NCBI RefSeq assembly: GCF_000150275.1
Contig: NW_002060943.1
Coordinates: forward strand, 11,222,878 to 11,286,877
Origin: Trichoplax adhaerens
Taxonomy: Eukaryota; Animalia; Placozoa
Direction of reading: 5' to 3'
DNA: 64,000 nucleotides
The notes under the pieces are model-generated. The model saw nothing but the letters and a program-made list of their open reading frames with translations. It did not search any database and had not been told where the DNA came from. The stretch's first letter is position 1; each line of letters starts with the position of its first letter. The position numbers were made by a program, and so were the translations under genes. This document shows, in pieces, positions 44,604 to 57,447 of this stretch.

Positions 44604-47479
44604 CTAAAAATTATATGTAACGTCATCACATATATTATATAGATTTGTCAATCGCGGAAAAAGCCTTAATGCATTTGCTGTTGTTGACTCCTTAACTTCA
44701 TCTACGGAAATATTCTTTATTCGCGCTATCTCTTGGCATGAGATCTCTATGTTCTTCGCTTCATTTCGAATCTATTTCACATCACTCGATAAGATGTCAG
44801 TATAATGTAAAAATAGAGGCTACAGGCACTACTATATTAAGTTTTTAATTTTACTTAGATTATAGACTGATTAGTACAATCGCACCTGCTTCTCAGGACC
44901 TAATGCTGGTGCATCAGTTTCCAATAACAAGTTACTTAACGGAATCGATCGAACCAAACGTTGTTTCTGGTTAGAATACATAGTAGACGGGTAAATTTCA
45001 ATTAAGAAAACGAAGCAATTTCGCAGAAAAAAAATACAGCCCATTTATTGAAATAACTTCACTCATGATCTTTATAAGTAGTAGTCGATTATATTTTCTA
45101 TTCTTAATATATATAATTATATATGAATTATGCAGAAAAGTATCGCAGACTATTTCATACCTGTTCTGATCGAATCACTGAAGGTGGAACAGAAAAATAG
45201 AACCCAGCTTCAACTCCTTGCCTGGCAACCGATACTTTACCATCGAAAGCATGTAGTAGTACTGCAGTTGCACCTAGTTGATAATTGAAGTTAACACACT
45301 TTATTGCGGACTTACACCGGCAATATATTGACTCTAAGAAGCTATTATGATTTCTAATTTCACCTTCACTTATCAAAGTTTGGATCGTTGGTCGACCTGC
45401 TGATCTAGAATGAACGTTTCTAATACATAAAACGATTTTTATTAGTATTACACAAAATAGAACGTTGGCATTTAGCTAACTTCCATAGAAGAAGGTATCA
45501 TTAAAAGTACAGTTATAGGTGTCTAAATATTATTACAAGGGCAATCCAAATTCTCTAGCTAATTGGATTTGTTTTCTAAAAATATTTCTTTGGACTTCTT
45601 TATCATTTGAAGATTTAACGTTGTAGGGTGTAAAATCAAGGCCAACCTACAAAGAATTATATATACGTAGTTAATTACTGGAAAAACTAAGATACTAATG
45701 CATCAAAGAGAGATACGAATACAGCGTTAAAGATAGCTATCATAAGAGAGTAGATGTAAAATATACTAACTTCACCAATCGCTACCAATATATTATGATG
45801 CTCACGTAAGAAAGTTTCAGCCATTTGGTAATCCTAACAAAAATTGATTTTTAGAGGTCGAATATAGAGTGAGTTGATACTGCTCATAGGCAGGAGATTA
45901 TATTAACCACATATTGTATCTTTGACATGATATTAAGATTCTGTCTTACTTCTAAAGTGACACTCCTTGATTCAGTGTCGTGAGATCCTGGCTAAAAAAT
46001 GCATATCCATATTATGATATTAAATTAACTGTTAGTAAAGCTAATATGTCACATAATGATACGCTTAGATTCAGGCTATAGACTAACATTGAGTTATTTT
46101 ATATTAATGACTATATTTAGTACATACAGTATAGAGTTCCCAATCATTCAATATTTGCATATCTAAATATACTTGTTATTCAGATATATAATCAAATAAT
46201 ATACCTTAACTGGATGGAGTCCAAGGGCTGGAACAATAAAATTTTTATACCTTCAAATTAAAGAATTTAAGTGATTGTAATTGCAGCTTTATATCACATG
46301 TACTGTTTCAAATTAGCTATAAAGATGAGAATCAGAATTTCTAAATTCGCTATTACAGATATTCATCTTAGCTTGGATTACTTTTCGCTAAGACCAATAA
46401 TTTTGTGGAAATCGTCAAATTTTTCAGCTACTGCTACCATAGCCTTAACACCAACCTGAATAATTAATGAATCTTGATTATCGTGGTATGAAAGCAAGTA
46501 ATTGCATAAGCTATTGATTAAATACTGTATTATGTATCAAGTTATTGATGGCTAGCATATTGGTTATTTCTAGTCGAAGCATCCAGCATTGGAGCTATTC
46601 GATATCTACTCTATACCAGTTATGATACAATATCCAACTTTTAACATCTACCAGAGATACTAGAGATATTATGTAAATTAAGCTGGCTCCAGTTGACATT
46701 GTACTGTAAAATAGTCTCTATTCTACGCTGAAATACTCATAATATTAGTGCTAGTGTACGATAAATATACATGTATTAAGCAAGCAGAGAGTGGGTCGAT
46801 CGACTTTTAGTCATACCGTCTTGGCCTCAACGATAATTTTATCCACATCCTATATTATTTCAATTAGAATAATATAATTAGCAAATACGAATGCTCTAAG
46901 CGCTTGATATGACGTTTTATTGACGTATATACTCGTATAGAGGTTTATGTATTGACAACTTTTTACAACAGTGATGGATGATCTGAAGTAGTAAGATCTC
47001 GTCAATATACTACATAATCATCTAGCATTACTATTGCAGTAATAAGTATCTAGTTTGTGTGAGTAAACCTCATATTTAGTTTACAGTTTCAATTCATTTA
47101 ATTAATGCGATAAATCGGTAACCAAATTGCTCATTTACTTGGCATTCTACGTTATACCGTACTATGATGCTTTTCACTCAATAGATATTATCGCATAATC
47201 AATTCATTTATCTAATCTAACGCTATATCATTTGTATTTCTAATGAGCATAATCCATATTATTGTGTGAGCTATACATGTACTCATTATAGATAAAATTT
47301 AGGTAATAAAAGTCATATTTCAGTTTTCTCTGTGCCATCGAACCGTTTATTTTTACCAGCTAGTGTTTAATTAATTTATTAACTTGCTATCATTTAGCAT
47401 TACTTATACGTATATCACTCGCCTCATTAAATTCATCATCACTGATATGGATATGGGCATCTATCATGATTCTTTCCAT
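44604..47479 (-). CDS. TATDN3: TatD-family nuclease, 11 exons; intron 1 is GC-AG
   Basis: [105 protein letters not shown] all match TATDN3-type motifs; the HxH/E/H/H/D metal ligands are intact. Confidence 0.95.
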
Positions 47480-48397
47480 CTGAGATCAGCAAAATGTCAA
47501 CAATTTTAACAAAAGTCAATCCAAGTTGTATACTATATTAAGATAATCTAGCTGTGGATTTTTTTAATTGATGCAGATTATGTTCTATTCATTTGAACGG
47601 GTAGTTTACTAATGTTGCTATCTATAATTAAAATCAATGAACTAACTTAAAATATTCACAGCTAGAGAAGCTGTCTTAGTCTAATGGGAGCGAATAAACT
47701 GTACTTGGTGACGTGAGTAATACAGTATAATCAACCAGCTAATTAGGATATTAACGATGAGCAATTGAGGAGAGTTTTGGTCTGCAAGTTGAGCTCGACT
47801 GTTGTAGATCTACTAGATGCTGTTAGGTATTACTTCGCAGTGGAGAGCACTACAGTCAGTACGATTGTGATAGACACAACTCAAGAGGTTTAATATATCC
47901 CATAGATGAGCGTTGAGTAGATACCCCTCTTAGTAGCTTACCGATGGATATTGGACATACACGTACTGTATACGCAAAAATAAAAGGTTGAAAACTCTGT
48001 CCATGCAAAATTGGAAGGAATCAGCTGTTCTAAAGCATTTACGCGTCTATGAAATGAGAAAGAATTATCACTAGCAAGAAGCAATTTGGTTTCTTATAGC
48101 AGGCACAAAAGGTGCAACTGTCAGATAGCCTAATCGCCAATATCGTATAGTCGGTATACTGATCCGTTTCGCCGCAGCATTCGCTTACGATTGCATTAAC
48201 TGCAGTTAAAATTGGAAGTAAATCTGTGCCGGAAAAGCTACTCGTAAATTCAGGTGTCGCTGAGAAGAATCCCTTGTAGCTATAATATATAATCTACGAG
48301 ACAGCCAGCAAAGTAATACTGTACTATTACGGACTACGTTATTGCTATTTGGTCTCTTACCGTTGCTTGCAAGGATTTATATTGAAGTGCTTGAAAT

Positions 48398-51022
48398 ATG
48401 TCTGAGGACCCTGAGGTTGACGATTATATGTCGGACATATATCTAAATGAGGCTAACAATTCTGATGCATCTCGACTAACAGAGTACACTAGGAAGAGGA
48501 GGATTGAAGAAGAACAAGCTCATCTTAAAAGTCACCAGAATCGAATGAAACCGTTGAAAGTGTTACAAGCGGAGAAACGAGAGGAAGTTTTAAAGAAGGC
48601 CATTGGAACTGATAATAAAGGATTTAAGTTGATGGCCAAGATGGGTTACAAAGTTGGTGATGGGCTCGGTAGAAAAGGTACTGTGCAAACTTCTACTTGT
48701 ATAGTAGGTATTATTCCTGTTGTTAGACAGTATTCTTCTACCTTCAGCAATATTTCGAAGCTACATATTACTCTGGTATAAAAAAGAAAAAGAATTCACT
48801 GAGGTACATGATCGATATTATTTCTTGCAGCTTGAATACGATTATGTTGCAAAATCATGTACCTCAGTGATACGTATAATAGAATTAGTGAATGGATAAT
48901 AAATTGAGCATACGAGTGCATAGTAGTTTGCATACATCATGCAATAAAGTTTTCTTGTTGTCTGCTCTTTCTTTTTATTCTACACCATATGCAGTACAAG
49001 TAATTTACTCTCAGTAAAGTGATGCTATTTTAAAATAGTAATAGTGTCCAATGGCTGCTCTCTTCAGTACTGAACAACAGTTGAAGTTGAATTGTACTGA
49101 GTACATTGCAGTGCAGTTTCATTGCTGTTTTAGAATACAAATTGTGAAAAGAAAAGACTCCTTTTACACTCTACTTTCTACCCTTTGGAAACTACTGTAG
49201 TTTAAAGTAGTTTGGAGTTTTGATTAATACCCGTTTTTAAGCGTATACCCTTATACGACCGACTCTCTATTTTTACTCGTTATTGTACTGTAAGTGACAA
49301 TCGTAATTGATGATTGTTGTTATAATATATACCGTGACTTATATATTCGTACATATAAAAATATTATATAATGATTCAAGCTATAAAAAGAAAAAGATTC
49401 TTTGGCACTCTCGTAGTTGATAGGAGATTACAAAGCAGTGTTGAACACTAACTTAGAGGCTGGATTAATTACTTAGTAGCATTCTTATCAGCAACGTAGT
49501 TTATTGAGCACGATTAATTATGGCGTAGACTACTAGACGTGTTTATGGTTATTGATTGAAGATTTGGAGCAGTGTTTAACATTAAACTAGAGGCTTGATT
49601 AATTAACAGTATGATTATTAGTAATGCAGTTTACTAGGTACGATTTGTTGCTATTGATATTCTACAATATCATGTTCTATGACACTGAATTGAACTAATT
49701 ATAATTCATTTCATGACAATTACAGCAAATGGAATAGCTGAACCATTGCCGATAAATATTAAAGGAGGTATGTAATTACTTGGTAATTTTTAACAACGAC
49801 ACCACAAAGGGTTAAATCAGTTTATTCCATTATGGAAATATCTAGTGATGCATACATATTACGAGGTGCGTTATATGAATTTTATCGGCTATCCTATTTT
49901 ATAACAACTGAATTATACCCATTAGATCGAGGTGGAATAGGTAAAGATGAGGAAAAAAATAGAAAACGAAAATTACAAGAAATACGACTTCAACAATTGG
50001 CCAAAAGGAGACAGTTAGTAGAAAAAGAGCGAGCTGAAAACTTTCGTGAACTTATTCGTTCGAAACGCACGCAACAGCGTGCTAAGCATGATTTACGAAA
50101 AGCGCAGCTGGCTTGCCAAAGATTAGATGAAAGCAAGGATTTAAATTATGTAAAACCATGGTACTGGTTAATTGAAGATGATGAAGACGAAAAAGAGCAA
50201 TGTACATTAGAAGATGATGCTGAAGACACAGCTACGGTATAGCTCGTATTTGCTGTCTATTTCATTCGTTGTTGATTATAGTAATAATGTTATAAATTAC
50301 TCTGCACTTAGAAATTCATCATATGCGTTTTACTAATTACTGATAAAACGTAGCTTTCATCATGATTTTATCGGTAATTAGGAAAGAAAAATGTTTAACT
50401 GTATTCTTATTTCACATGCAGTTCTCCGTATTATGGTGATCAATTTTGACTTAAACGCTAAACTATAACGCCATTGAAGTATACTACAGGTTAACTGTGC
50501 TTGTTTTAATAGTTGAAAATTATTATTTTTAAAAGGAATTCGAAAGGCTAGTAGAACTCAACCAATACTTAAGAAGCAAATACCACTACTGCATATGGTG
50601 TGCTACAACTTACGATGGTATGTACTATATCTAAGCGTTTATGTTGATAACAAAATAGCTAAATTAATTATAGCTAATCATGAATCATTGTTTATGGTAT
50701 AAAAAATATATGCCTTAATTTCTGATATTATTAAAGCTTACTCTGTCCGATATACAATCCTAACCCTAACTCTATGTACAGTATACAGTCTTATAAAATG
50801 CCATAGTATCGTAATACGCGTATTATTAACTTGGAGTACTAAAAGAAATTGTTATTAACCAGTCTCATCAATTCATATCGTAATACGAAATAATGGGGTG
50901 TACTATCGAAGGTAAATGCAGTAGTATTTTGCTATTATTTCATGCTTTTCAAACTTTATCTTGCAGACTCTGATGATATGGATAATTCGTGTCCTGGCGA
51001 TTGTGCGGAGGATCATGATTAG
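48398..51022 (+). CDS. GPATCH11: G-patch domain-containing protein 11 (CCDC75), 5 exons, 256 aa
   Basis: Exons 48398-48677, 49726-49767, 49926-50236, 50536-50617, 50967-51022. N-terminal DDYMSD; G-patch NKGFKLMAKMGYKVGDGLG..GIAEPL..RGGIG; C-terminal YLRSKYHYCIWCATTY...CPG..EDHD (DUF4187-type). Confidence 0.94.
48796..48870. repeat. Perfect 17-bp inverted repeat with 41-nt spacer in GPATCH11 intron 1
   Basis: TCACTGAGGTACATGAT (48796-48812) and ATCATGTACCTCAGTGA (48854-48870). Confidence 0.9.
49434..49646. repeat. Degenerate direct repeat (period about 134 bp) in GPATCH11 intron 1
   Basis: AGCAGTGTT.AACA.TAA..TAGAGGCT.GATTAATTA occurs at about 49434 and 49568. Confidence 0.65.
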
Positions 51023-51686
51023 TTTGGATAGAAATAAATCGACAAATGCTTGATAAATCGAATTGATGTATTGATCACATGTAAATAAAATAAGCCGCAA
51101 CAATTGGTGTATATGTTATATTAAATAGAGAATGCAAGTGCGCTCTGTATAGTTTCATATATTTAAAGTTTGTTTTACTACTTTGTATATGATAACACTA
51201 CTTTTCTCATAGATTTATGAAAGATCTTGTTTTAGAGTTGTTAACTTGAAGACGTGTTTAATGCTAAAATCATTGTATAGGAAATGTATTTATTGAATAT
51301 TTCAATTTTAAAAAGCAATGTATTGCAATTAGCAAAAAAAGACATGTAATCAACATGTTTGGCAATAAAATTATTTTGATACAATTTATATGTTACACCG
51401 TAGAGGCCTTTTCCTTTATCTGTACGTGTTAAACTGAGGCTCTAGTAACGTTTGTCATTTCTTAATAATTGACTAGCTTATTTTACGAAAGTACAGATGG
51501 GCATTGAAAGATTACATATTAAAAGTAAATCCTTACCAATTATGCAGAAGTTGTCATAAATATCGAGAGTTACATTAGTTACTGCCATAAATGGTATTTG
51601 AATTTCAATAGAGTATTTTATTAATATATCTACAGTAGGGATGTCGCTATAGATAGTATATCTGACTGTGAATAAAAATACAGCAA

Positions 51687-54620
51687 TTATGATAAAAGTG
51701 ACTTCATTAATGATCTATGCTTTTTCAATTTTTTCTCTTCTTTTAATTTTTGAACTTGATCTTGGGGTAATTTTCGTTTCTTTTTTATCTTTTGCTTTTC
51801 ATTGACAGAAATTTCATTTAGAGTATTTGGATCGAAGTAGTGTGCCATTTGTCGGAAGTCACGATCTGATGGAAGACCCTTGCTAGTCCAATGTTGATCG
51901 TCAGACATTTTTTGAAATCTACCAGTAGAGCTATTAAAGAAAGCACTAACGGAATAATCTTTATACTCTGTCGTGTAGCTTGATTTTGATTTTGATTGGC
52001 TCTGTGATTCGCTAACAGTTGTTTTAGCATTCGCTGACGATTGCTGTTGAGCTGTATTTTGATTCATCATAGAGTAGTAATTCTGCCAGTAGGCATAGTA
52101 ATCGGCGTAGGACGATAGTGCATTTATGTTTGCCGTAGTATTATCAGCCTGAATGATTAATACGTTAATTATAAAATTATTATTGCAATGATTATTTTTA
52201 CATATATTGTAAGTATTTGGATACGATATCAGAAAGTAATACTAACTGCGTCGGGCAACTTTTGGTTGGCATGAGCAGGATTTGCTGTATCTCCATCCAC
52301 ATTCTCGTTAGTTTTCTCAACAGCATCTTTTACATTTGCAGTATCAGATTGGACTGAATTTACGGTAGACGGCTGTGCTCCATATTGATGAATATATTGA
52401 TAATACTGGTAGTATGTGTTATAATCAAAGTTGGTTGCATCAACTTGACCACTTTGAGCAGTATCACTTTGGTCGCTTGATTGTGCAGACAAGCTTTTAG
52501 ATAAATAGAATGTCAATACAATAACATTAATTTAAAATAATTGCATATTACTATTATTGCATGCAGATACAAATTATTACTATTTACAATTTCGGCAGTG
52601 AATCATGAAGTTGTTAATTTAACAGTCAAGTAATTTTGACGCAGAAAAATTGAATAATACAATTTTGTCCTGTCATGCACTTTGTAAACATAAACTATTC
52701 ACGCTACCTAAAGATAAGTAAGTGCAATTTTATGTCTATTTTTCGTAATTATCAATCTTCTGAAATTTTCATTCGATTTTATTAGCAGAAATCTTTATTA
52801 CTAAAGCCAATTTCTAACCCTTTTTCTGCGCTATCCAGGTTAGCTTTGAAGATTGATTGCAAGCTATTCTTTGACCAATCGAGATTAAAACCATAGCCGC
52901 ACGAACGACATTGAAATGATGGAATTTCATTGGAGTCTTTTATAATACAACAAACAGATTTAAATTAAGAAACAGATTGGACCTTGATGAAATTGTAACT
53001 AGAACTATGCTGAAGTATAATGATCGTATCTGAAGTTAACGTTTTGGAGAAAATGAACTAATACAGTATATTTAGTTAGTAATTCCTCAATTTTGAATAA
53101 CGTCATTTCAATGTTCAGTGAGGTCAAGATAGCATCCTCTACATATCTCGTATGTTATATACTGTATATTATTCGCTATCATGCACTGATTGGCAGGCCA
53201 GGAATTTTTAAAAATTGAAATTGGATCTCAAGTCATCGCGTGAGTGCGATATTTGATTCCACCTATTGGAGTCTGGTCCAAAACTGGAATATGCTAATAT
53301 TACGATGTAGAGTGAGCACTGTTTTGGAGTATTTCAGTATGTGCAGATTATAGAATAGAGAACGTAATAAGTTTTAATTTTATTGCGAGGCTTTCAGTTC
53401 TATTGTCATCTTCTTTCTCATTAGCAATGAAATATAGTAAATCAGCTCCAAAATTCGATCATCTTACCTCTATCTTCAGGTACTTTATAAGCAAGGCCTA
53501 ACTTTAGCAGGGACTCAATAATATCGGGTAAATGGTCATTGTTGGTAGACGAGTCCAATTTGGGTGTATCTGTCTCTATTTCCTCTTTTAAAGCAGCTGT
53601 ATCGTTGTTCTCGATGTCCTTGTCAGTTTCATTCTTGTCTTGTTGTTGCGACTTATCATCGGACAACGTTGTTGCTGCTTTTCCATCTTCACTTTGCTCC
53701 TTGCGGTGGTTCTCCGACAACGGACACGTAGTGGATTGATTGGAATTTTCCTCCAAGTTCAATTCTGTTGGTGACTGTCTTACTTCTTTCTTGTTCTCGT
53801 CATTCTTGACTAATACTATATACAAGATATCACTGGAATGGCAGTAAGGGCAATGACCATCATAGGATATAGGATAGCTCATCATCGATTGCCGACATTC
53901 GTTGCAGGCCCAATGGAGAGTTTCTGCTTCTGCAGCTAGTAACCAACGAGACGAGAGATTCAAATAACCGCGCAGTCTGAAACATACAGTATAGCAGATT
54001 GCGCTGTCAGCAACGCCATTAGTCTGTCTCTATGCGGTTAACTCGCTTTCATGTCTACAGTCTACAGTATACATGCGCAGTATGGCGTACTGTACACTGT
54101 ACACCAGCCCTTCGCTCGGACAGACGGACTTTTCCTGCTCTGTTAGCAACACCACTTAATTAATTAACTCGGTTTTATTACGTACAGTACTGTACGACTC
54201 CCCTCAGACAGACGGACTTTTCTTGCTCTGTCAGCAACGCCACTGGTCTGTCTCTCTACGGTTAACTCGCTTTCATGTCTACAGTCTACAGTAATACATG
54301 CACAGTATGACGTACTGTACACTGTACACGATCACTTCCCTCGGACAGGCGGACTTTTCTTGGAATGCCACTGGGCTATCTCTATGCAGTTAACTCGCTT
54401 TCGTGTCTACAATGTACAGTACTGTATTTACAGTACATTGTACTGTACAGTGTACCCTGTATATTACGGTATGTACTGTACTGTACACGAGAGACCCTCT
54501 ATCACTCCCCTCGGACAGACGGACTTTACTAACTAAATGAGGCCGTAAAATATCGAAAAATACTTACTTGCTGTTACTGGACTGTGGGTAGACCAGTCTG
54601 TAGGTATGGATCTTCCGCAT
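51687..54620 (-). CDS. Uncharacterised 462-aa protein: N-terminal Zn ribbon, Tyr/Gln-rich linker, conserved basic C-terminal domain; 5 exons
   Basis: In-phase exons 54620-54568, 53976-53468, 52936-52819, 52493-52247, 52148-51687. CNEC, CPYC and CRSC motifs; C-terminus YSVSAFFNSSTGRFQ...RQMAHYFD...KKKRKL..KLKEEKKLKKHR. Confidence 0.8.
54007..54527. repeat. Degenerate tandem repeats (about 3.5 copies, 90-165 bp) filling intron 1 of the Zn-ribbon gene
   Basis: GTTAACTCGCTTTC.TGTCTACA, TACTGTACAC and CTC(G/A)GACAG(A/G)CGGACTTT recur three to four times. Confidence 0.88.
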
Positions 54621-55703
54621 CTGTTTTCTAAATCACTGGAACTAATTCAAATAACATCTACGATCTGGTAGAACTGCTTCCAAGTAGAAATACTAACAAA
54701 TAATAAGATTTAACGAAATATTACTTAATTTAGAAAAAATCAGTCAATTTAACATCGATCGATCGTTTACATACTAAAGTACTATCATAACGAGGTGTTT
54801 GGTACAATAGTTTGACGCGATGAGGCCAATGGTGTCTGTCTGTCCAAGGCAGGATGGAAAACTGGCTCAGTTGTCCTGGAGTACAGTACTGTACTACACT
54901 ACACTGTACTGTAGACTATCAATAGCTTGTACTGTACACTGTACTGATAGAAAATCAATCGAACCCGTAAATGGCGGGATCTCATCGGACAGCCTGATCA
55001 AAAATATACAGTAGAAGACCATTTCAAGACCTTCTACAACGTCAAACTTTTGACAAAATCAAGCTATTTAAAGTCTTTTGCCTAGTAATCTGGTATGTCA
55101 AGTTATGAAGCATCACACTCTGCTTTTACTGTTTATTTGGCTAATCTATTGATTAGAAATTGGTAAAATGAAGTGTATAGAACTGTTGAACAAGATGAAT
55201 AGATGATATTTCGATTTATTTGCAGCACCCTTGTCGGTGTTTATGGATGAATATTGGTAAAAAAGCGAAAAGTGGCTCAATAGTGTCCATTGATTGACAT
55301 ACAACAAGCAACAGGATTGGATCTTTCATTGATGTACTTTACTATGATATAAGTCTACCTATGGTGTCTTGTTTTTACTCTTAATAATTCAAGCTCTTGG
55401 GTACAACAGGTAGGTAAATGCTAAGTCGATCGAAAAGCTGTGAACGCATACGAGCATATTATTATTGATAGACGTGCTTAATGATACAGTATAAGAATTT
55501 CATAGGCAGTAAAACTTGATGATATACATTAGCCGAAAGTTATCTAATAAATGCTAATTTACCTGCACAATACTTTTGGCCATTGTTGTTAACTATTAGT
55601 AAGACTAGTAGAGTATTGTAATCATACGGTAGAATAGCCTACTACATATTCATGCGGTATACAATAATCCATTTCATTTTCGAAACAGAACTAAAGACGG
55701 AAC

Positions 55704-57447
55704 ATGGAATCGTCCGTAAATAGCCTGGATATAAACAGCAAACATATCGTAATGCAATTGTTAGACTCTATGACAAAATTGCTTGATAACAGCATCCAAA
55801 AACTCAACCTAGACGATGACAAGAAGAGGAAATTATCCGAGGTAAATTGAAATACTGTACTATCCTACATTACGAAAGCAGGGTAATATCAATGTTGTTC
55901 TACGGTAATAGTATTGGATGCTATCGTATGTATCATTTATTATTTACAAAAGTACTTTATCATTGAACTTGTTATAGACTGATTGTCTTCCTATCGCTTT
56001 AAGTTAATCTTATCTTTTACATTGTACCTAGACTTGCAAATAATTTCAATTTGATATCCTTATCGATGATACATTTTTTTATTTTGTCAAATAAATCATA
56101 CTGACTAATCTGGAATCGCTTTCATTGATTACTACTAGACTCTGATCGACTCTATCGGTAAACGCTTCAAAGCTAGAGTAAACATTGATGGCATCCCATG
56201 GGACGAACACCCTAGCAGCGGTAAAAATCAACTCGCTCTTATACGATCAATAGTAATATTGCCCGAATATCTTTTTATTCTTGTTTGTTTAACTCTTTAA
56301 TAAATATGATAGGGATAGATATAAATCAGTATTTCAAGCTAGACTGAAATTTACAAATATTACAAGCTTTATTCATTATTAAAACATGGATAATAATTCT
56401 ACTGTACTGTAGGCGTAGGAAAGTAGGAATATTGTAGTACCATTTTGTAGATATACTGTCTGTATCCATTATGCAGTACGAGTATTGTTATGGTATACTA
56501 CGCAACTACGTTCAATACAACTTACAGTTAGTACGGCAGTACATATCGAAGAAGGACTCACAATTGATTATGCAATAATTTTTTGCCCATCGACTGTACT
56601 TTTGATGTAAAATCGTTTGGCTTTGCTATATATGGCAAAAGAGGAATCTATTGATCAAGTATGGGCAAATTTATTACAACAATATCTCAGTTATGAAAAA
56701 ATTGAAGAAGCAAATGTAGCTGATCGCCAATCTCGGCATCAACGTGTTGCGATCCTTTTGCACGACTTATTTCAGCTTCGAAGAGCTAATATGGTATGAT
56801 TTTATAGTTCAGACTGGGTGACATACACATGTTTTTGATCGATCACATGTAATACAATCCATCTTCATTAAAAACTGTAATCGACTATAGCTCTAATTAA
56901 TTATTATCCTATAATATCGGTGAACCCTGTAGGAAAAATATGAACGAATAGAATTAATAGCTAAAATCGTACAACCTGACGATTCTAGTAAAGGTAATTA
57001 TAACCCTATGATACTTCTGGTTTTTATTCTGCTGAATATTTTTAATATAGGGTTGCTAGTTAATTTCTAAACGACTAGTAATTTCGATAGTTTTTGCTCG
57101 ATATCCATATCATAACATGGCTTATTTTTTATTTTCGTCAATTGTTCCTGTGACCAATAGAACCTATCTTTGATGTGGAAGAGTTCGTAGAACTTCCGCA
57201 ACGATTAGAAATCCTGCATCAGGTAGGTTTTAATAAATTAATACTTTGCCTATAATTGTAACTTTTAAAGTATCATTGCATTTTAATCACGAAACTTTAT
57301 ACCATTTGACTACCGTGCAATGAAATAATAGTCTTTAGAAGAATTATTTATATTTTAAATGCTGCGTCTTATGACTTTGATTAGAGATTAACAGACGCGA
57401 AGCAAAAGTTGAAGATATTACGTGAAAGAGAAGAAGCACTAAAATAA
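55704..57447 (+). CDS. NSL1: Kinetochore MIS12-complex subunit NSL1/Mis14-like, 6 exons, 185 aa
   Basis: In-phase exons 55704-55841, 56139-56220, 56642-56793, 56933-56993, 57161-57222, 57385-57447. SKHIVMQLL and RVNIDGIPWDE resemble human NSL1 SKRAVTEML and NISINGQAWQE; coiled-coil C-terminus; divergent linkage to TATDN3 as in human. Confidence 0.7.

Noticed and set aside
50759-50770. CCTAACCCTAAC telomere-like sequence
   Set aside because: Only two units, compatible with chance.
51818-53739. Overlapping alternative-frame or antisense ORFs (51818-52030, 53539-53739; also 27486-27683 and 63794-63979)
   Set aside because: Shadows of real coding exons.
56054-56063. ATATCCTT resembling a U12-type 5' splice site (similar hits near 23711, 27965 and 63135)
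   Set aside because: None coincides with an exon boundary needed by any gene model.
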